Positions 12,101 through 21,434 of a DNA stretch of 64,000 bases are shown one piece after another. This DNA is from an uncultured virus (IMG/VR IMGVR_UViG_3300025103_000005) (lineage: Duplodnaviria > Heunggongvirae > Uroviricota > Caudoviricetes), in IMG/VR virus record IMGVR_UViG_3300025103_000005; one strand, written 5' to 3'. The translations under genes and the position numbers were made by a program. Each line of letters begins with the position of its first letter. The stretch's first letter is position 1. The notes under the pieces are model-generated. The model did not search any database and was not told the origin of the DNA. It saw nothing but the letters and a program-made list of their open reading frames with translations.

Positions 12101-15100
12101 CCACATTCTACACACATCCATACGCTAATGGTCCAACGGGAGTGGCTGGTATACAGAACGCTAACGAGATATCTACCAGTTTCGCTATGATGGACTGCAA
12201 TGCTATGTTTGCCTTCTTCCCCGGTGCGGCTCTCTGCAACCAACACAGAGGTAGTATCAATCCACCAGCATTCAATCGAGACAACATACTCTCACCAGAT
12301 TTGGGTAGAGGGGGCTCACTTTACGCCAGCACAGGGGAGATAAAGGCCAAACCAGTTCCTCTCGTATTACGATTCACTCATCCTACAGCACGTTATGAAG
12401 ACCATGTTGATGGAGTAGATATCGACAACAAGACGACATATATCATCTTTGGACCGGGGCAGGCATTCCCATTCACACAGGAAGTCGCAGATGCTGCTTC
12501 GGGCCACAACACACTGGAGCCTTTCTCTGGTAGAATCATCTATACTGGTAATTCTTGGGCAAGCGTGCCCTCTTTAGGCGGTTCTAACAATAAGTTCCCG
12601 AACTCGATAGTCAATGACCAAGGAAAGTATAGACCGCACTCAAAATCATACTACAATGCTACTGCTGGCTTCCATTGGAAAGCGATGGTGAATTGGGAGA
12701 CTCCTGCTGGATATTGTTGGAAGAACTCGGCTAACAGTGGTAGTGCGGGCCTGTTCCAGAGGCCGGAGCATGGTAGGATGTATGGTCAGTTATTGAATGA
12801 CGACTCAATACACAATGCAGAGGATTTCGAGCAAGTGCATCCTAAAATGCATGTTCCACTTATCGGTTACGGCATTACGATGGGTGCCGATACGGTATTC
12901 CATATGGATGGGGGTTTCCACGCAGGTGGGTCTTGGTTAGATAATCAGTTTACGTTTAATCCAGTTCATCCAAAGAAGAATACTCGGATTACTGGTGGTA
13001 ATTCATCAAGCACATGGACAAGAGATAACCAGATTCATCCTACTGCTTTCAGAGTCGCTGGACCCTTGATGGCTACAATACAGGATTATATCGGTAGTAG
13101 CACAGATTTCTCAATTGGAAACACCAAGAACGAATACATCCTGATAGATGGGACAAGATGTCAGAATGGAGAAGAACTCGCAACTGTAGTAGGAGCAGCC
13201 ATCAACGCTTTCCCCGGTGCTGGAGCACTCAAGAGTATGGGAGGCACTCACATGCCTTCTATGGGTAATGCAATGCGACAAGACCGCTATGGATGGGTAG
13301 ATTTAGGCACTGTTGGCTCTTACAATCATAGCACCTATCCGCAATATGTCGAAAGCGCCGTAAATGCCAGCCAAACACTATTGGAACAGATTCCCGCTTC
13401 GGGTTGGCTGAGAGTCAATACCGATGATGACAGTGAAGGGGATTCTGTGGACCCCGGTTGGGCGGTGTATCACTCTCGTGACGTAATTGCTTCAGGAGGT
13501 GATTGGAAAGTAAGATTCCATCTTGCACCTAATGCGATAAGAGGCCAGACTGTATTTGAGTATGATACTACATGGGCTAATCACAAAGCAAGCAATGCAA
13601 ATAGCAATCCTACGACTTTGAGTGGTAATCTGTATGTTTGGAGTAAAGCCGGAATAATGCAATTCAACAACGAAGATGTAAGTGCACGAGACCACATGAC
13701 GCAAGTTCACTTCTCAGGCATAGTTGATGCAATAGACAGGACGAGGCCAGTAGGTGTGGCCGGTTGGCATGGAGAGCGGTATTCATATCTCAATAGTCTC
13801 AAGATAAGCACCAGCGTAACGAAGAATGATTCGACTACTACAGCAACCGGATATGCTGCTGGATTAGGAGCATATCATTCAATGCTGGGATTCTCACCAT
13901 ACGGCTCTGCTGGTTCCGTTATGAGCACATACGGCACAGTTCCAGTAGTTGCTCCTATGCGACATAGTCCCGAAAGCACTCCTACCATCAATGGCGCAGG
14001 AGATAACCTTGATACTTACATCACGAAGGCAAGTCTGTATACAAATTATACATTAGATGCTAATGGGCGAACACCTGCTAATGGACAAGGCTACTTCAAG
14101 GACACAGATACTACGGATAACTCAAACCAATGGGCAAAACCCACAAATTACGAGATATCAACCACTTTACCAAAGGAACTCTCATTGCCACAGGGATTGT
14201 ATAGTAATGCATTCCTTGTAGTCAGTTACAACTCTGAAAGTTCTTTGATAGCGAAGTTCGATAGAGATGCAATTACGGCCACAGGTGATTGGTTACATGT
14301 TAAGGGCGAAGGAACTGACCCCATCCATTATGCTGGAACTACACTATGGGATGAAAGATTCCACGGTCAAGACCGCTTTATTGCACCTGCAAACGCTGGT
14401 CCTAATGTCGAGGCTCTAATTGTAGATAACACAACTGTTCCAACGATAGCAAATGCTCTCGCAGACAATTCCTCTGATGCTCCATTTAATGGCGATGTCG
14501 GGACATATTTCCACGGTGCAGTATCAGATGACCTCAATCTCAAGAACGCAACACCCGGACGTGCTAAGACTGGTGATTTACTCTTCGATTTAGACTACTC
14601 TGTTGGTTCTGTGCTTCTTGAAAGTGAAGATGCAGAACGTAATGTATCTGATAACCATCAAGATATGGACGGCACTGGATATTCCTATACTGCAAGCGGG
14701 AACTATCCTAACGAGTATTGGATGGGTGACGTGAATGCATTTGACATGTATAAAAACTCAGCAGCAAAAAACTTCTCAGTCGAACACATAGTTTGGAAAA
14801 GAATGGATGGCGGCAATCTCAGTTTACCCACTATCAACGCACGAGGCCTTGGTGCAGTGCCGTGGATGACGAGGGTGAAGAATAACACAGCCTACACTAC
14901 AGGAGAAAAATTGTATGGGAATGTTAGATTTACTTTCGAGACAACAAATAGCGCTATGTTACCTGTGTTACAAGCGCAGGAACTTGCACACCCTGAGTTG
15001 ATGAGGAAACACCCATACAAGATGGGGAATGTGCTTACTATACCGAATGAAGAGATACAATTCCAGAGTATTACTGTAACAGATGATGCGGGGCAAACAC

Positions 15101-18100
15101 ACAAGATAGAGGGTGGTAGTCCGCTGGGGACTATCATACGTGGCTTCCGCACGCCGGAAAATCGTGGCGTGGAAGGCAACGGACCAGCACTCGCTAACTC
15201 TGGAAAGACTCCTAATCTCAAAGTGCAACTACCGAATCCCGATTCCATACCGGGAAATATCGTAGTGCGCTCAGGATTCGACCCACTGCAAGCCTATCAG
15301 AACGAAACTATGGGAACAGGAGGTATGATACACCCAGATTTAGGTGCCGACACAATAGGCCATCTTTTCGATAACAGTGTAGTGGGGCCAAGAAAAGGAC
15401 CGACATACGAAGACCATAATTGGGAGAGAATAGACCCCATAACATTCGATTCTGAAGTAGGAGCATGGGTAAATAACGAGCCACTACATACGTCCTACGA
15501 ATTACATGATAGGACTCTATTCTTCCATGTCTGTAAGATGGGACACAGTCACACTCATCGTTATCCGACTATTTACAGTCATACTAACGGTGTGGTAAAC
15601 GATAGTGTATCGGTTACACAAACACTTGGTGCAAATAATTGGAATGCTGAGACTGGCGTTCTTACAATAGACGGGGCACTGAATACTGAGGTTTTCAATG
15701 CAGGATTTGGAACGAAAGAGGCGAAGGACGGAAGAAAGTTCCTCAGAGTGTATAATCCCATAACGGATGAAGGAGTTGTTTGCTCATATCTTGCTGAAAA
15801 TGATACAACCATGGAGATTGTAGGAGATGTTGATTTTACTGCCTTTATGGCGGAAAACACAACTACTGCTCTGAAAGTTGTTCCATCTTACTATATACCC
15901 GGTGGAAGCACGCGTTTCTTTGCGTCAAGACGCTTACGTGACCATGCTGAAGTATCTGGAAATTCCCCAGATATGGCCCATACGCGCTATTTTGCCAGTG
16001 ATACGATAGCATACAATGCATACAGTAAACCAAAGATGACGCCTATGCCATATCCCAGAATGGGACATCACTTCATCACGCCCACAATGCCTATGCTGCC
16101 CGGACACTGGGCTCATCCTGCATATCAGAGTCTGTATAATCGTCATCTTGCTGATTACAACATGAGTGTTGGATTCACAGATTCCGCTCGTTTCGACGAA
16201 CACACCACTGCAATTAACAAGAAATCGGGTATCAACAATTCTATGGTAACGCAATATGGCGGAACAGAAAGCACGTCACTGCAAGACAATACTCATCCAA
16301 TGGATGCTGAAATCAACTTCAGTGGCATAAACGCAGCACCTTCTGGCCCAAGCGATATTCATGGTGGAGCATTCACTTTGATGTTTGAAACAGGCTTGAA
16401 GTATGACGGTTACGGTGTTTTGGCCTCTGCTGGTTCATTAGCGGGCGCAGTGAACAAAGCGGGCGGACATAGCATCGTTCTCGAAGCCGCAGCCAACTAC
16501 ACACTCGCAAAGCACTTCCCCGACCCTGCTGAAGTTGGAGCCTATCAAATCATCATACAACCAAATCTGTTCAATAACCAACTTGTTGGTTTCCACAACA
16601 ACATCACTACAGAACTTACCAGTCAGCAAGTAAACACGGTAATAGGCATCAATGAGAGCACTGCAAAAGGCGGGCTAACATTAGTTTTGGCAAAAGCCAC
16701 ACAAGCAGATGTGCGTGGTTGTGAGGTATTCATCAACGAAGCCATGCTCGATGTTAATCCTGATTTCGGTAGTCAATTCACGAATACGCCTCCACTAATG
16801 CTTCATAATGCACATGGAATACAGATGACGGAGTCTCCCGCATTTACAAGAAGAGGGTTTCCTTACTCAACTATGTTCTCAGACTCTTCGCCGGGTCACA
16901 CATTACACATACCATGGTGGAGTATACTTCACAAGAACGGAGTGCCCGCGTCTAACTTCCGAAAACTATCGCAATATGCACCAGATGATTACTTCATGTA
17001 TTCAAGAAATGGGTTTGGAAGTATAGGCAATCAACAAACTATCAATGGATATACCTCAACATACCTCGACATATACTCCAAACTACAACAAATTGTCAGT
17101 CTCAATCCAAAATGCATTGTTGAATCCTTCAATACAGGTGGGACAATTACCGTAGACAATGCAAATCTATTCCCATTAACCTCTCATTACGCTCAGGAGA
17201 TTGAATACACGGCAAAGAATGGGGATATCTATTCTAAACCGTATACAAAGAGAAGCGGTAATGATGCTGCAAATGTGAATGTGCCTAATACCATCTATTT
17301 GGCTGCTAAATCAGGTGCAGATAATTTCTGGGATAACATATACGATGGTGCAGAACTACGATTGTCGCATTCATACAATACATTATCTGCAAGTAAACTA
17401 CTTACAGATAGAAAGAAGAGTGTATTTGCGAATATACTACCAGATATAGTGAATGGTAATCGTGATACATATTCATCTCATATACCAGATGCTTTCTTAT
17501 GTATGTGGCATCCTAATTTAGGAAGGCCAAATACATATTTTTCAGATAGTCGAACTACTTGGGGAAGTGTTGCTGTGGATAAAGCATCATATAATTCAAT
17601 GCCAGAACACTTTGAGACTATACATTATCATGATTTTACACATGCTATGAGTGCTGGACCATTTGACTTCCTAATTATGACACCTAACATATCGAAGACA
17701 GGAGAAACAGTTGCTGCTACAACTGGCACTGACCACCAAGCAGGAGGAACCGATGTAATGTTGAGCGGTTTCTGGCCTTGTGGGAGTCGTGGCGGCCCTC
17801 ATGTCAGCAAACTTGACCTTTTCAGTTATGCAAGCGCATCTTGGAATGTGCACAATCACAGCGATGGAAATCCCAATTTCACTTCCAGCGACCTTCGAGA
17901 ATGGGTAGATAGCGATGATGACGGCAGTTATTCTGTCTCTTCAGGCATTACAACGGCCGCTATGGGGTCTTCTCGAAGAAAACCGTATGGCTACCGTAAC
18001 GCTATACGTCAAGCCTGTAACAGGCCTACATACGGTCTCAGTCCGACCAGAGCAGTCTATGAGGCAAGCCCAACAGGGTCGGGCATTAAAACCCTTGATT

Positions 18101-19992
18101 ATGACGCTGGACCACTGGTTCAGACTGAAACTGCGACATGGACTTATGCAGGCGGTTCGGGACTTTCCAATGCGACTCATCCTACCACATATGTTGGAAT
18201 TATGGAAAGACAGACCAATTTCACAGGAATGCTGGCTCAAGACCAAGCGGACTGGCAAGTGCGTTATAGCGACGGTAGAAGGATGACCAGACCCTTTGGG
18301 ACTCCTGTGAGAACACTAACCAATAACGCAGGAACTCAAAGAGACTGGTGGGGAGATGAAGTGGCTATGGACAAAACAAGCCTATCTGAGGCCTCTCAGT
18401 ATTATCTGGTGGATTGGTGGGGCAACGAGCGCGGAGAGGACGTAAGGCGTGCTCCAGTGCGTGGATTCGGCATCAGACCGGCATGGGACTGTGGTGACGC
18501 TTATGAGAACGACAGAAGGAATAGCAGAAGCCCATATCGGAGAATCTGGAATAACGCTAAACCGATTTTCAATATGAAGGGCGTGGCTGACTTATCTAAC
18601 GGCAATGTGAGCGTGACGACTACGATACCGAGATTTGGTGGCACAAACAACGATGTGAATCTACACGCAACTAATACAGGTCATGATTTGGTAGATGTAT
18701 TTGCGCCAACTCACTCTATGCGTGTAGGAGATATGGGTAATGGTCGCGGTGTGCGTTATCCAACGCGATTTAATGAGGATGTGCTTACTGAACTTTCGGC
18801 TCCTATCCATAAAACGGGTGTAGTCTTGAGTCATAATACTGCTGAACCTCTCTTCGGAGATGGTTTGCTGAGACCCCGTAACGCTATACTGCAAGCCGAT
18901 GAAGTCAAGAGGGGGATTAGTGCTAAATTAGCGATAGACAGTAATGGGTTACTGAAGCCAGAGGCTGTCGCAAGTGATAGAATTGAAGAGTTTGTAGGCG
19001 TTTCTCCTCACAAGGATGCAATATCGAGAACAAGTCCCAGAATTGGAATAGACGCCGAAGTGACTGAAGGAATAGAGCAAAACCACATTGCTATCAATAC
19101 TGAGGCGCATAGTCTTCATACAGACAGAAATGTAGGTCAGCGGGTCATTCTACACGGTGGATTCCAAGTTGGCACTAACACGATAGCCGACGTTGATTAT
19201 ACAGGTGGCGCATTTGGAAGGCAGAATAATGGCTCTCCAGTAAGTGCAGTGCATCGCTATTCTCACACTAATGCATTCAGACCCTATGGCGGTTCCTATG
19301 TGTTAGATGCAAGTAATTATGCTGGGTTATTTGATGATACGAATTGGGGAGTGGCTTCATTGACGGGAAGTAATGATACGAGCAATCCATATCAAGATGC
19401 AGATGACTACACCTCAAAATCAGTGAGAAACAACGAAAAAGACAAGAATGTAAAGTTCTTACTTCGACCAATTAGAACCTTAGACTCTAAACATACAGAG
19501 GTATATCGCATTCATAATTCAATTGTTACTGGCACTCCTCAATACGACCAGAATTACCTTTTTGCATCGTCTGGTGGAAAATATGGTCTCTTTACGTATG
19601 AAGTTAGTAATGGAAGAGCAGCCACTGGGAATCTGGCATCTGGAAGAAGCCTACCGGACGGCAATGGACCCTACTTGCCAGTATTCGTATTCGACCCCAC
19701 AGGGGCTTTCACGACACCAACGAGTTTCGGTCCTAAACTACCCGGAACAGAAGTTTCTGGATTCGACAAGGAGAGTCTAAACTCAACAGTGAGTAGATTA
19801 GTCATTTCTGATAATACGCTACAACATCATCGTTCCGATGCTCCAAGAAGGCGGCAAGAAGAAGATACAGATGACGAAATGAAGCGAATGGACTTCTCTG
19901 TTAAGCCAAGATTTAGTCAAGCGTTGCATTCTAAGGGGCACAAAGGGGACATTTCATTTAGCATCACGGACCATAGTGGGGATGGAGCATGA
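3154..19992 (+). CDS. Giant (5612 aa) virion/tail protein with N-terminal LamG/concanavalin-A-like domain
   Basis: Uninterrupted 16.8-kb ORF in the tail operon. The N-terminus has LamG-like motifs (IEAWIMP, HVVAAV...IELYVNG, VYVGG...FRGVIEAVHL); the rest is G/S/T/D/N-rich and beta-type. Confidence 0.75.
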   Translation: MTVIGRSNHAFFFDGVSDSIIIPEGQFTALGHKTLDGASDVRNILDESPHGHRTLTPSSGKFSNYLVIEAWIMPDCGGTVIEKEGQFKLTVGNVDTPGPAVFEVFLKDGVSTQRFQLSTATKQSTRYEGTVYPSSSYGGIHDSYNRFTGLTYDDATDLNRNHRPLLHVVAAVKSTAIELYVNGSIVVSKDIKDTNFTLAKSNAHVYVGGKGGQFRGVIEAVHLNGGLKNTHITGNTPLPDGSTQLLYRFEEPISPIEGIYNITNIATNGTQVGGQSVTISQITLSDAEATALAKKLTGLSTVSGNYAFTSSPYSNGDYEITQSTSSGTTMRKIPHVPYNILVNPGSINPNTKIPNQTPPERLRLHNINVDTNTCLVSSIHLDFAATPTSGIRGMLHTSRSTDVDNHFVVIGADLLIDSGTGKPYQPPHFSSQIVDRTGQMVIDEGIFESHGFVYSSRMATTTSDPDNPYAVVWPTSLDAAFQIGHSGRHTLNHVDGHEFLRILPRANDEIIDQQIDGSADIIDIMYDDAQKGVDKQISVNSRVDVYREAGNFKINDVVNSSTVTAAFNSYHNTSSPPAGKKKLIAIGGPNFDFTPFMLKGPVPAWKGTFNDETRKFHLRPSKESRVALLHVPQLSSTNVKFAPYVEIHYNAVDLTGASMSGTTQPLLMVEKTVPASDVATGGGSYIYDAIINAIGSGKTLYSPGGYIDIAAIAELSLNSLAMPHSMIGDVSEGYSADDELDDSLTPYRFTDGVGAVNFTPRADADSIQNSPPKVIVESVSSTGTHESVFNRIALNKVEQKVNLTDKGLYSRVEPHTTADSPSAGEFDTATASSSTPIHEVFDIIDNIEIVDSPTSDTRIIIQPSDRRRTNQLTNVKSLVSTSDDANTASLMYLMSRARVRSIEETEGEGQNFTTIRCIGLSEAATSRSINEIGRGSPDSHIVKEIEPNSPVVTVTLGGPGQGAMDTKPTNQPSILAHEPYSSRRAFAAMAHKLVANFSNGADVLHVKAINNESADMQSWGTYGFPRYGRVYLADGSSGKYDSKNGTTFTFSLGALGSGDFVSSSGVEYTSMARLLNATGFLKGETSGTPTLEGIFTVYNEPDFGEQSRIENGSTVNDRMFQSMSDVSHDYQLGTQYASTRALAEIPFFSHQFFDSGVGPDNGFKIHIDATHTAHTWNPSPVGRRLKDVMPADREAQSAYSHALANREYINSTFITKWDASNKRLYVNDINVFPDATTSTGTYRGVTTAYRYRKVWLGNGEWAWYSGVNTGDKYLTIVDAEYGHTSNFLDGLDVGTPVFAGGIGFDDTLSPLASDEFTPSSDFEGRSEYYYDAASVKTQGGNVDYGLRQYASAVEFKAGPESNPHAAHMETKRATTTVLSATEYSLGTLLKAIVITVPDEDFSKFPSLGYDEMQNMPIGTGTLRYSVQYDDGTNVFDYQYHGHLKKLPLSPTVDIPENGLVLVYLQTTPLYPASLNGKKITLAKKCRDVISSNMTTALTTTSQMHPLWSELNDNLMIDTNIVITAQAANSSAPYTIEITNQTGKNVNDLHGLNVKKDDILYYKTTANVIHKIGTVTKVTEALANDKQTITLSAATPIIPANAKLAVRIGDYEDKDAILNAKWLNPYAPGGLRNGDTVWANMSYNNPHAVEGLFAKSRGVLNEAQVWKEFNGGKGDLDTTNPRDSIPLENFLIGNTCLETARNYVQHVNRTVEENYKALGLTAAQAPTVAYVDPYLAEDGHARVLLYDTAHDREFVAFQDIHMQVQSSAQAAEIGWPKEVVEDGGTSRSRLDKITATYNGSGPSPWTTQIDVANGFLSQNPYIRGTQQSKFIESAYAHDLANRHTLDLLESSTYRDSPIASGVLINKPLNPTYYSAGYTGAMVVDGVDATTVYSVGDTLFSSVGAIAGLITAISPTSITVGGGIAVQLANNQNLQSNVNLTLPDDGRKIAGARLYGKAHGHHVHTGYSFGGTVSGLSVDNSVTSRTNDSVALYKVADGYHSFTRIPVDSFDTFTNELVRLRNGTTNCSFRDPSTFFDTPDGTRVIPAFLCLKGIRSTTLDLSSHEESRLQHLPQWKDMDFVRRLTIDCGEVAQKDGVVNTEAAAQEIVRLINQHAALNARYTDGSAHDPAPFWHTDNNDRGTHMGYIRAHIGREVQDLNGDTGYTVVIHSTVPGATGRNFCTWLDNSTGQHPYQPQFLIGHGGRWRNFWALPEEGEGENMHPAPLPLNKHGRPFAPITTLQQYITAEESGEEVRSVAEFEEDSVLRAVSDTVSGKNHNTINNESFSLKGSSSTLVKGLRVGSRATSRINFGGLVASGVPGWAPDAGIWGFGKIGDTKFNKRYGSSSVTSYSSHVPTVDKLSDAIGSGQLYGFRLKDNVGSESGLRFVYRKMGDSFANENTTLPSTIEEEVCVFFDDRDVAQGGFTVGNHMHGTGDATGRMDFGVLSIESSSWKGARWRGVHAPSIAAYVGTAVSGTKMTITFPAPFDAAFSDDKLGYLGFPRENGLIQISDIDGDGDADVGLTLSYTRRDGNVFYGITGLPSWTDTNYLITPVLNWTTLVTDELMAAVTAAAINAGREVNTEDGHIFDCTEMYAADGRTFGEWGVSENAVRIRAYNTQKPVIPLNEAFSATLHRDFGIQAAHLEFGEVKKVTRPTGTADWDFDTGSNYATSRAVTDALIDDSRGIDCGYIPYTLLQIRSFARGPHANTATPNLVDSKNTPVNINEWRENLKGIRYTRSSGDHILPHIDTPHSVLNMGWTAIPTTPNLVTDYAAGYPIGWTDAIAIDTGNSANIAVGDIVATNNGKVVGEVTVVNGTASFTIGGGTQTSLPDGSIINKRLTGSAGGVGWLTSATLGAAMFHFMIPAGNDSGNIPSFGEKKKVWLNEKDSLFAESKRGATSSTVLSWDIENAEGNITRDAPYWNNLLSLSNNRDFDGLRSIGSVFSEPVVYFRGGKSSSDHSVPLYFGGGFSGVTLDVNDGTNNDYSTFYTHPYANGPTGVAGIQNANEISTSFAMMDCNAMFAFFPGAALCNQHRGSINPPAFNRDNILSPDLGRGGSLYASTGEIKAKPVPLVLRFTHPTARYEDHVDGVDIDNKTTYIIFGPGQAFPFTQEVADAASGHNTLEPFSGRIIYTGNSWASVPSLGGSNNKFPNSIVNDQGKYRPHSKSYYNATAGFHWKAMVNWETPAGYCWKNSANSGSAGLFQRPEHGRMYGQLLNDDSIHNAEDFEQVHPKMHVPLIGYGITMGADTVFHMDGGFHAGGSWLDNQFTFNPVHPKKNTRITGGNSSSTWTRDNQIHPTAFRVAGPLMATIQDYIGSSTDFSIGNTKNEYILIDGTRCQNGEELATVVGAAINAFPGAGALKSMGGTHMPSMGNAMRQDRYGWVDLGTVGSYNHSTYPQYVESAVNASQTLLEQIPASGWLRVNTDDDSEGDSVDPGWAVYHSRDVIASGGDWKVRFHLAPNAIRGQTVFEYDTTWANHKASNANSNPTTLSGNLYVWSKAGIMQFNNEDVSARDHMTQVHFSGIVDAIDRTRPVGVAGWHGERYSYLNSLKISTSVTKNDSTTTATGYAAGLGAYHSMLGFSPYGSAGSVMSTYGTVPVVAPMRHSPESTPTINGAGDNLDTYITKASLYTNYTLDANGRTPANGQGYFKDTDTTDNSNQWAKPTNYEISTTLPKELSLPQGLYSNAFLVVSYNSESSLIAKFDRDAITATGDWLHVKGEGTDPIHYAGTTLWDERFHGQDRFIAPANAGPNVEALIVDNTTVPTIANALADNSSDAPFNGDVGTYFHGAVSDDLNLKNATPGRAKTGDLLFDLDYSVGSVLLESEDAERNVSDNHQDMDGTGYSYTASGNYPNEYWMGDVNAFDMYKNSAAKNFSVEHIVWKRMDGGNLSLPTINARGLGAVPWMTRVKNNTAYTTGEKLYGNVRFTFETTNSAMLPVLQAQELAHPELMRKHPYKMGNVLTIPNEEIQFQSITVTDDAGQTHKIEGGSPLGTIIRGFRTPENRGVEGNGPALANSGKTPNLKVQLPNPDSIPGNIVVRSGFDPLQAYQNETMGTGGMIHPDLGADTIGHLFDNSVVGPRKGPTYEDHNWERIDPITFDSEVGAWVNNEPLHTSYELHDRTLFFHVCKMGHSHTHRYPTIYSHTNGVVNDSVSVTQTLGANNWNAETGVLTIDGALNTEVFNAGFGTKEAKDGRKFLRVYNPITDEGVVCSYLAENDTTMEIVGDVDFTAFMAENTTTALKVVPSYYIPGGSTRFFASRRLRDHAEVSGNSPDMAHTRYFASDTIAYNAYSKPKMTPMPYPRMGHHFITPTMPMLPGHWAHPAYQSLYNRHLADYNMSVGFTDSARFDEHTTAINKKSGINNSMVTQYGGTESTSLQDNTHPMDAEINFSGINAAPSGPSDIHGGAFTLMFETGLKYDGYGVLASAGSLAGAVNKAGGHSIVLEAAANYTLAKHFPDPAEVGAYQIIIQPNLFNNQLVGFHNNITTELTSQQVNTVIGINESTAKGGLTLVLAKATQADVRGCEVFINEAMLDVNPDFGSQFTNTPPLMLHNAHGIQMTESPAFTRRGFPYSTMFSDSSPGHTLHIPWWSILHKNGVPASNFRKLSQYAPDDYFMYSRNGFGSIGNQQTINGYTSTYLDIYSKLQQIVSLNPKCIVESFNTGGTITVDNANLFPLTSHYAQEIEYTAKNGDIYSKPYTKRSGNDAANVNVPNTIYLAAKSGADNFWDNIYDGAELRLSHSYNTLSASKLLTDRKKSVFANILPDIVNGNRDTYSSHIPDAFLCMWHPNLGRPNTYFSDSRTTWGSVAVDKASYNSMPEHFETIHYHDFTHAMSAGPFDFLIMTPNISKTGETVAATTGTDHQAGGTDVMLSGFWPCGSRGGPHVSKLDLFSYASASWNVHNHSDGNPNFTSSDLREWVDSDDDGSYSVSSGITTAAMGSSRRKPYGYRNAIRQACNRPTYGLSPTRAVYEASPTGSGIKTLDYDAGPLVQTETATWTYAGGSGLSNATHPTTYVGIMERQTNFTGMLAQDQADWQVRYSDGRRMTRPFGTPVRTLTNNAGTQRDWWGDEVAMDKTSLSEASQYYLVDWWGNERGEDVRRAPVRGFGIRPAWDCGDAYENDRRNSRSPYRRIWNNAKPIFNMKGVADLSNGNVSVTTTIPRFGGTNNDVNLHATNTGHDLVDVFAPTHSMRVGDMGNGRGVRYPTRFNEDVLTELSAPIHKTGVVLSHNTAEPLFGDGLLRPRNAILQADEVKRGISAKLAIDSNGLLKPEAVASDRIEEFVGVSPHKDAISRTSPRIGIDAEVTEGIEQNHIAINTEAHSLHTDRNVGQRVILHGGFQVGTNTIADVDYTGGAFGRQNNGSPVSAVHRYSHTNAFRPYGGSYVLDASNYAGLFDDTNWGVASLTGSNDTSNPYQDADDYTSKSVRNNEKDKNVKFLLRPIRTLDSKHTEVYRIHNSIVTGTPQYDQNYLFASSGGKYGLFTYEVSNGRAATGNLASGRSLPDGNGPYLPVFVFDPTGAFTTPTSFGPKLPGTEVSGFDKESLNSTVSRLVISDNTLQHHRSDAPRRRQEEDTDDEMKRMDFSVKPRFSQALHSKGHKGDISFSITDHSGDGA

Positions 19993-21434
19993 CGCTAATA
20001 CAATCTTCCGTTGGTCGTTTCGATACCACTCTTACTTCAGTAATGAACGATGTTAGACAGCCCGTATTCGTAGATAACGCAGTTCATTATGCTAAGATTC
20101 AGCCTCAAAGTAGCAATAAGAGCAAAATTACAATTGAGACAAGGAATGCTCAGAACTACGATTTAGCGACAGAAAAGACCTACACATTTGTAGAATCAGA
20201 ATCTGGTATGCATATCACTCATAACGAAACAGATGGGCATTCATTGAAAGGCACTATCTGGACAGGAAAAGGGAAAGACACGCCTACATCTCTGATGTAT
20301 GGTGTGAATAAGCCGTCGAATAGAATCATAGGAGGTAGTAATGAAAGTACGACTTCTGGAGTAAGGGTGAATGTAAGGAACCTGAAAGGTAACACATTGA
20401 AGGATTTAGGATTCAATGAAGAAACACTGCGCTTTGGTCAAATTATAGATGTGGGGTTGAGAACAACGGATTTGGCAATGAAACTGGGTAATTCTATCAC
20501 TGGCACCGTCACTGCTGTGACGATAGGCGATTCGCCTACAATAGCGAACTTGGGTAAAAATAGAAGAAAGGTAAGCAATACGTATCTTGCTGCAGATTTC
20601 AATGGTGTTAATCTGCTATCTGCATTGAGATTCATCTCTCGTCATGATAACAGGATTTCGATATTCAATCGCTATGGCGCGCTACAATACGTGCCATTCA
20701 ACTTTTCAAACGGAATTAAACAACTAAACCCGCAATTTAGAAGTGGAAGTGAAGATAAGAGTCCAGTGGAAAATACAGAGAATCGAATTACTGTTCAAGG
20801 CGAGGCCATTGCTCTGAATGAGAAATTGATACTCACTATGGACGATGGCGCAAGACAGCAGGGTAAGTTCGATACGGACATTCTCGAAAACACCACACCA
20901 ATATACGATGCGTCGATAAGCAGTGTGCAGAGTGCAAAGAAGGTCGCAAGACAGATATTGAAGGCAAACTCAATTATGAGAGGGGCTATTGTAACAAATG
21001 GACATCCAGATGCTTGGGATTTGAGACCGGGTAGTGTAGTTGAATACGGCAACAATATGTATGTAGTAATGGAATCAAAGCATAAGTTGAGCGATAGGAT
21101 GAGTGATTTCACATTCTTAACATTAGATACTGGCATAGAGGGCGTATTGCAGAGTATCACGAAAGGCAGCATCTCAAGAGGCTCAATTGAGAATCCAGAT
21201 AAGAGTAGTCAGATTGTGGATGAGAATCTTTCCTTCTTTGATTCATTGGATGTTTTCATAACGCCGATAATCACATTAAGACAAGTGTCGTCTTCTGGCC
21301 TCATAATTGGAAAAAATGCAAATAGAAGAGGGGTTGGAGGCGCAAACACCATCAATGATGGCATTACAACATATACCATCAAGCCTACAGGCTTGAACAA
21401 GAGTGCCGTAGTAATCATGCGAGGTGAAAGTTAA
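19989..21434 (+). CDS. Putative baseplate hub / tail protein
   Basis: ATGA overlap with the giant gene. The C-terminal half (NRITVQGE...AKKVARQILK...DLRPGSVVEY) resembles phage hub/tail-tip proteins. Confidence 0.5.
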   Translation: MTLIQSSVGRFDTTLTSVMNDVRQPVFVDNAVHYAKIQPQSSNKSKITIETRNAQNYDLATEKTYTFVESESGMHITHNETDGHSLKGTIWTGKGKDTPTSLMYGVNKPSNRIIGGSNESTTSGVRVNVRNLKGNTLKDLGFNEETLRFGQIIDVGLRTTDLAMKLGNSITGTVTAVTIGDSPTIANLGKNRRKVSNTYLAADFNGVNLLSALRFISRHDNRISIFNRYGALQYVPFNFSNGIKQLNPQFRSGSEDKSPVENTENRITVQGEAIALNEKLILTMDDGARQQGKFDTDILENTTPIYDASISSVQSAKKVARQILKANSIMRGAIVTNGHPDAWDLRPGSVVEYGNNMYVVMESKHKLSDRMSDFTFLTLDTGIEGVLQSITKGSISRGSIENPDKSSQIVDENLSFFDSLDVFITPIITLRQVSSSGLIIGKNANRRGVGGANTINDGITTYTIKPTGLNKSAVVIMRGES

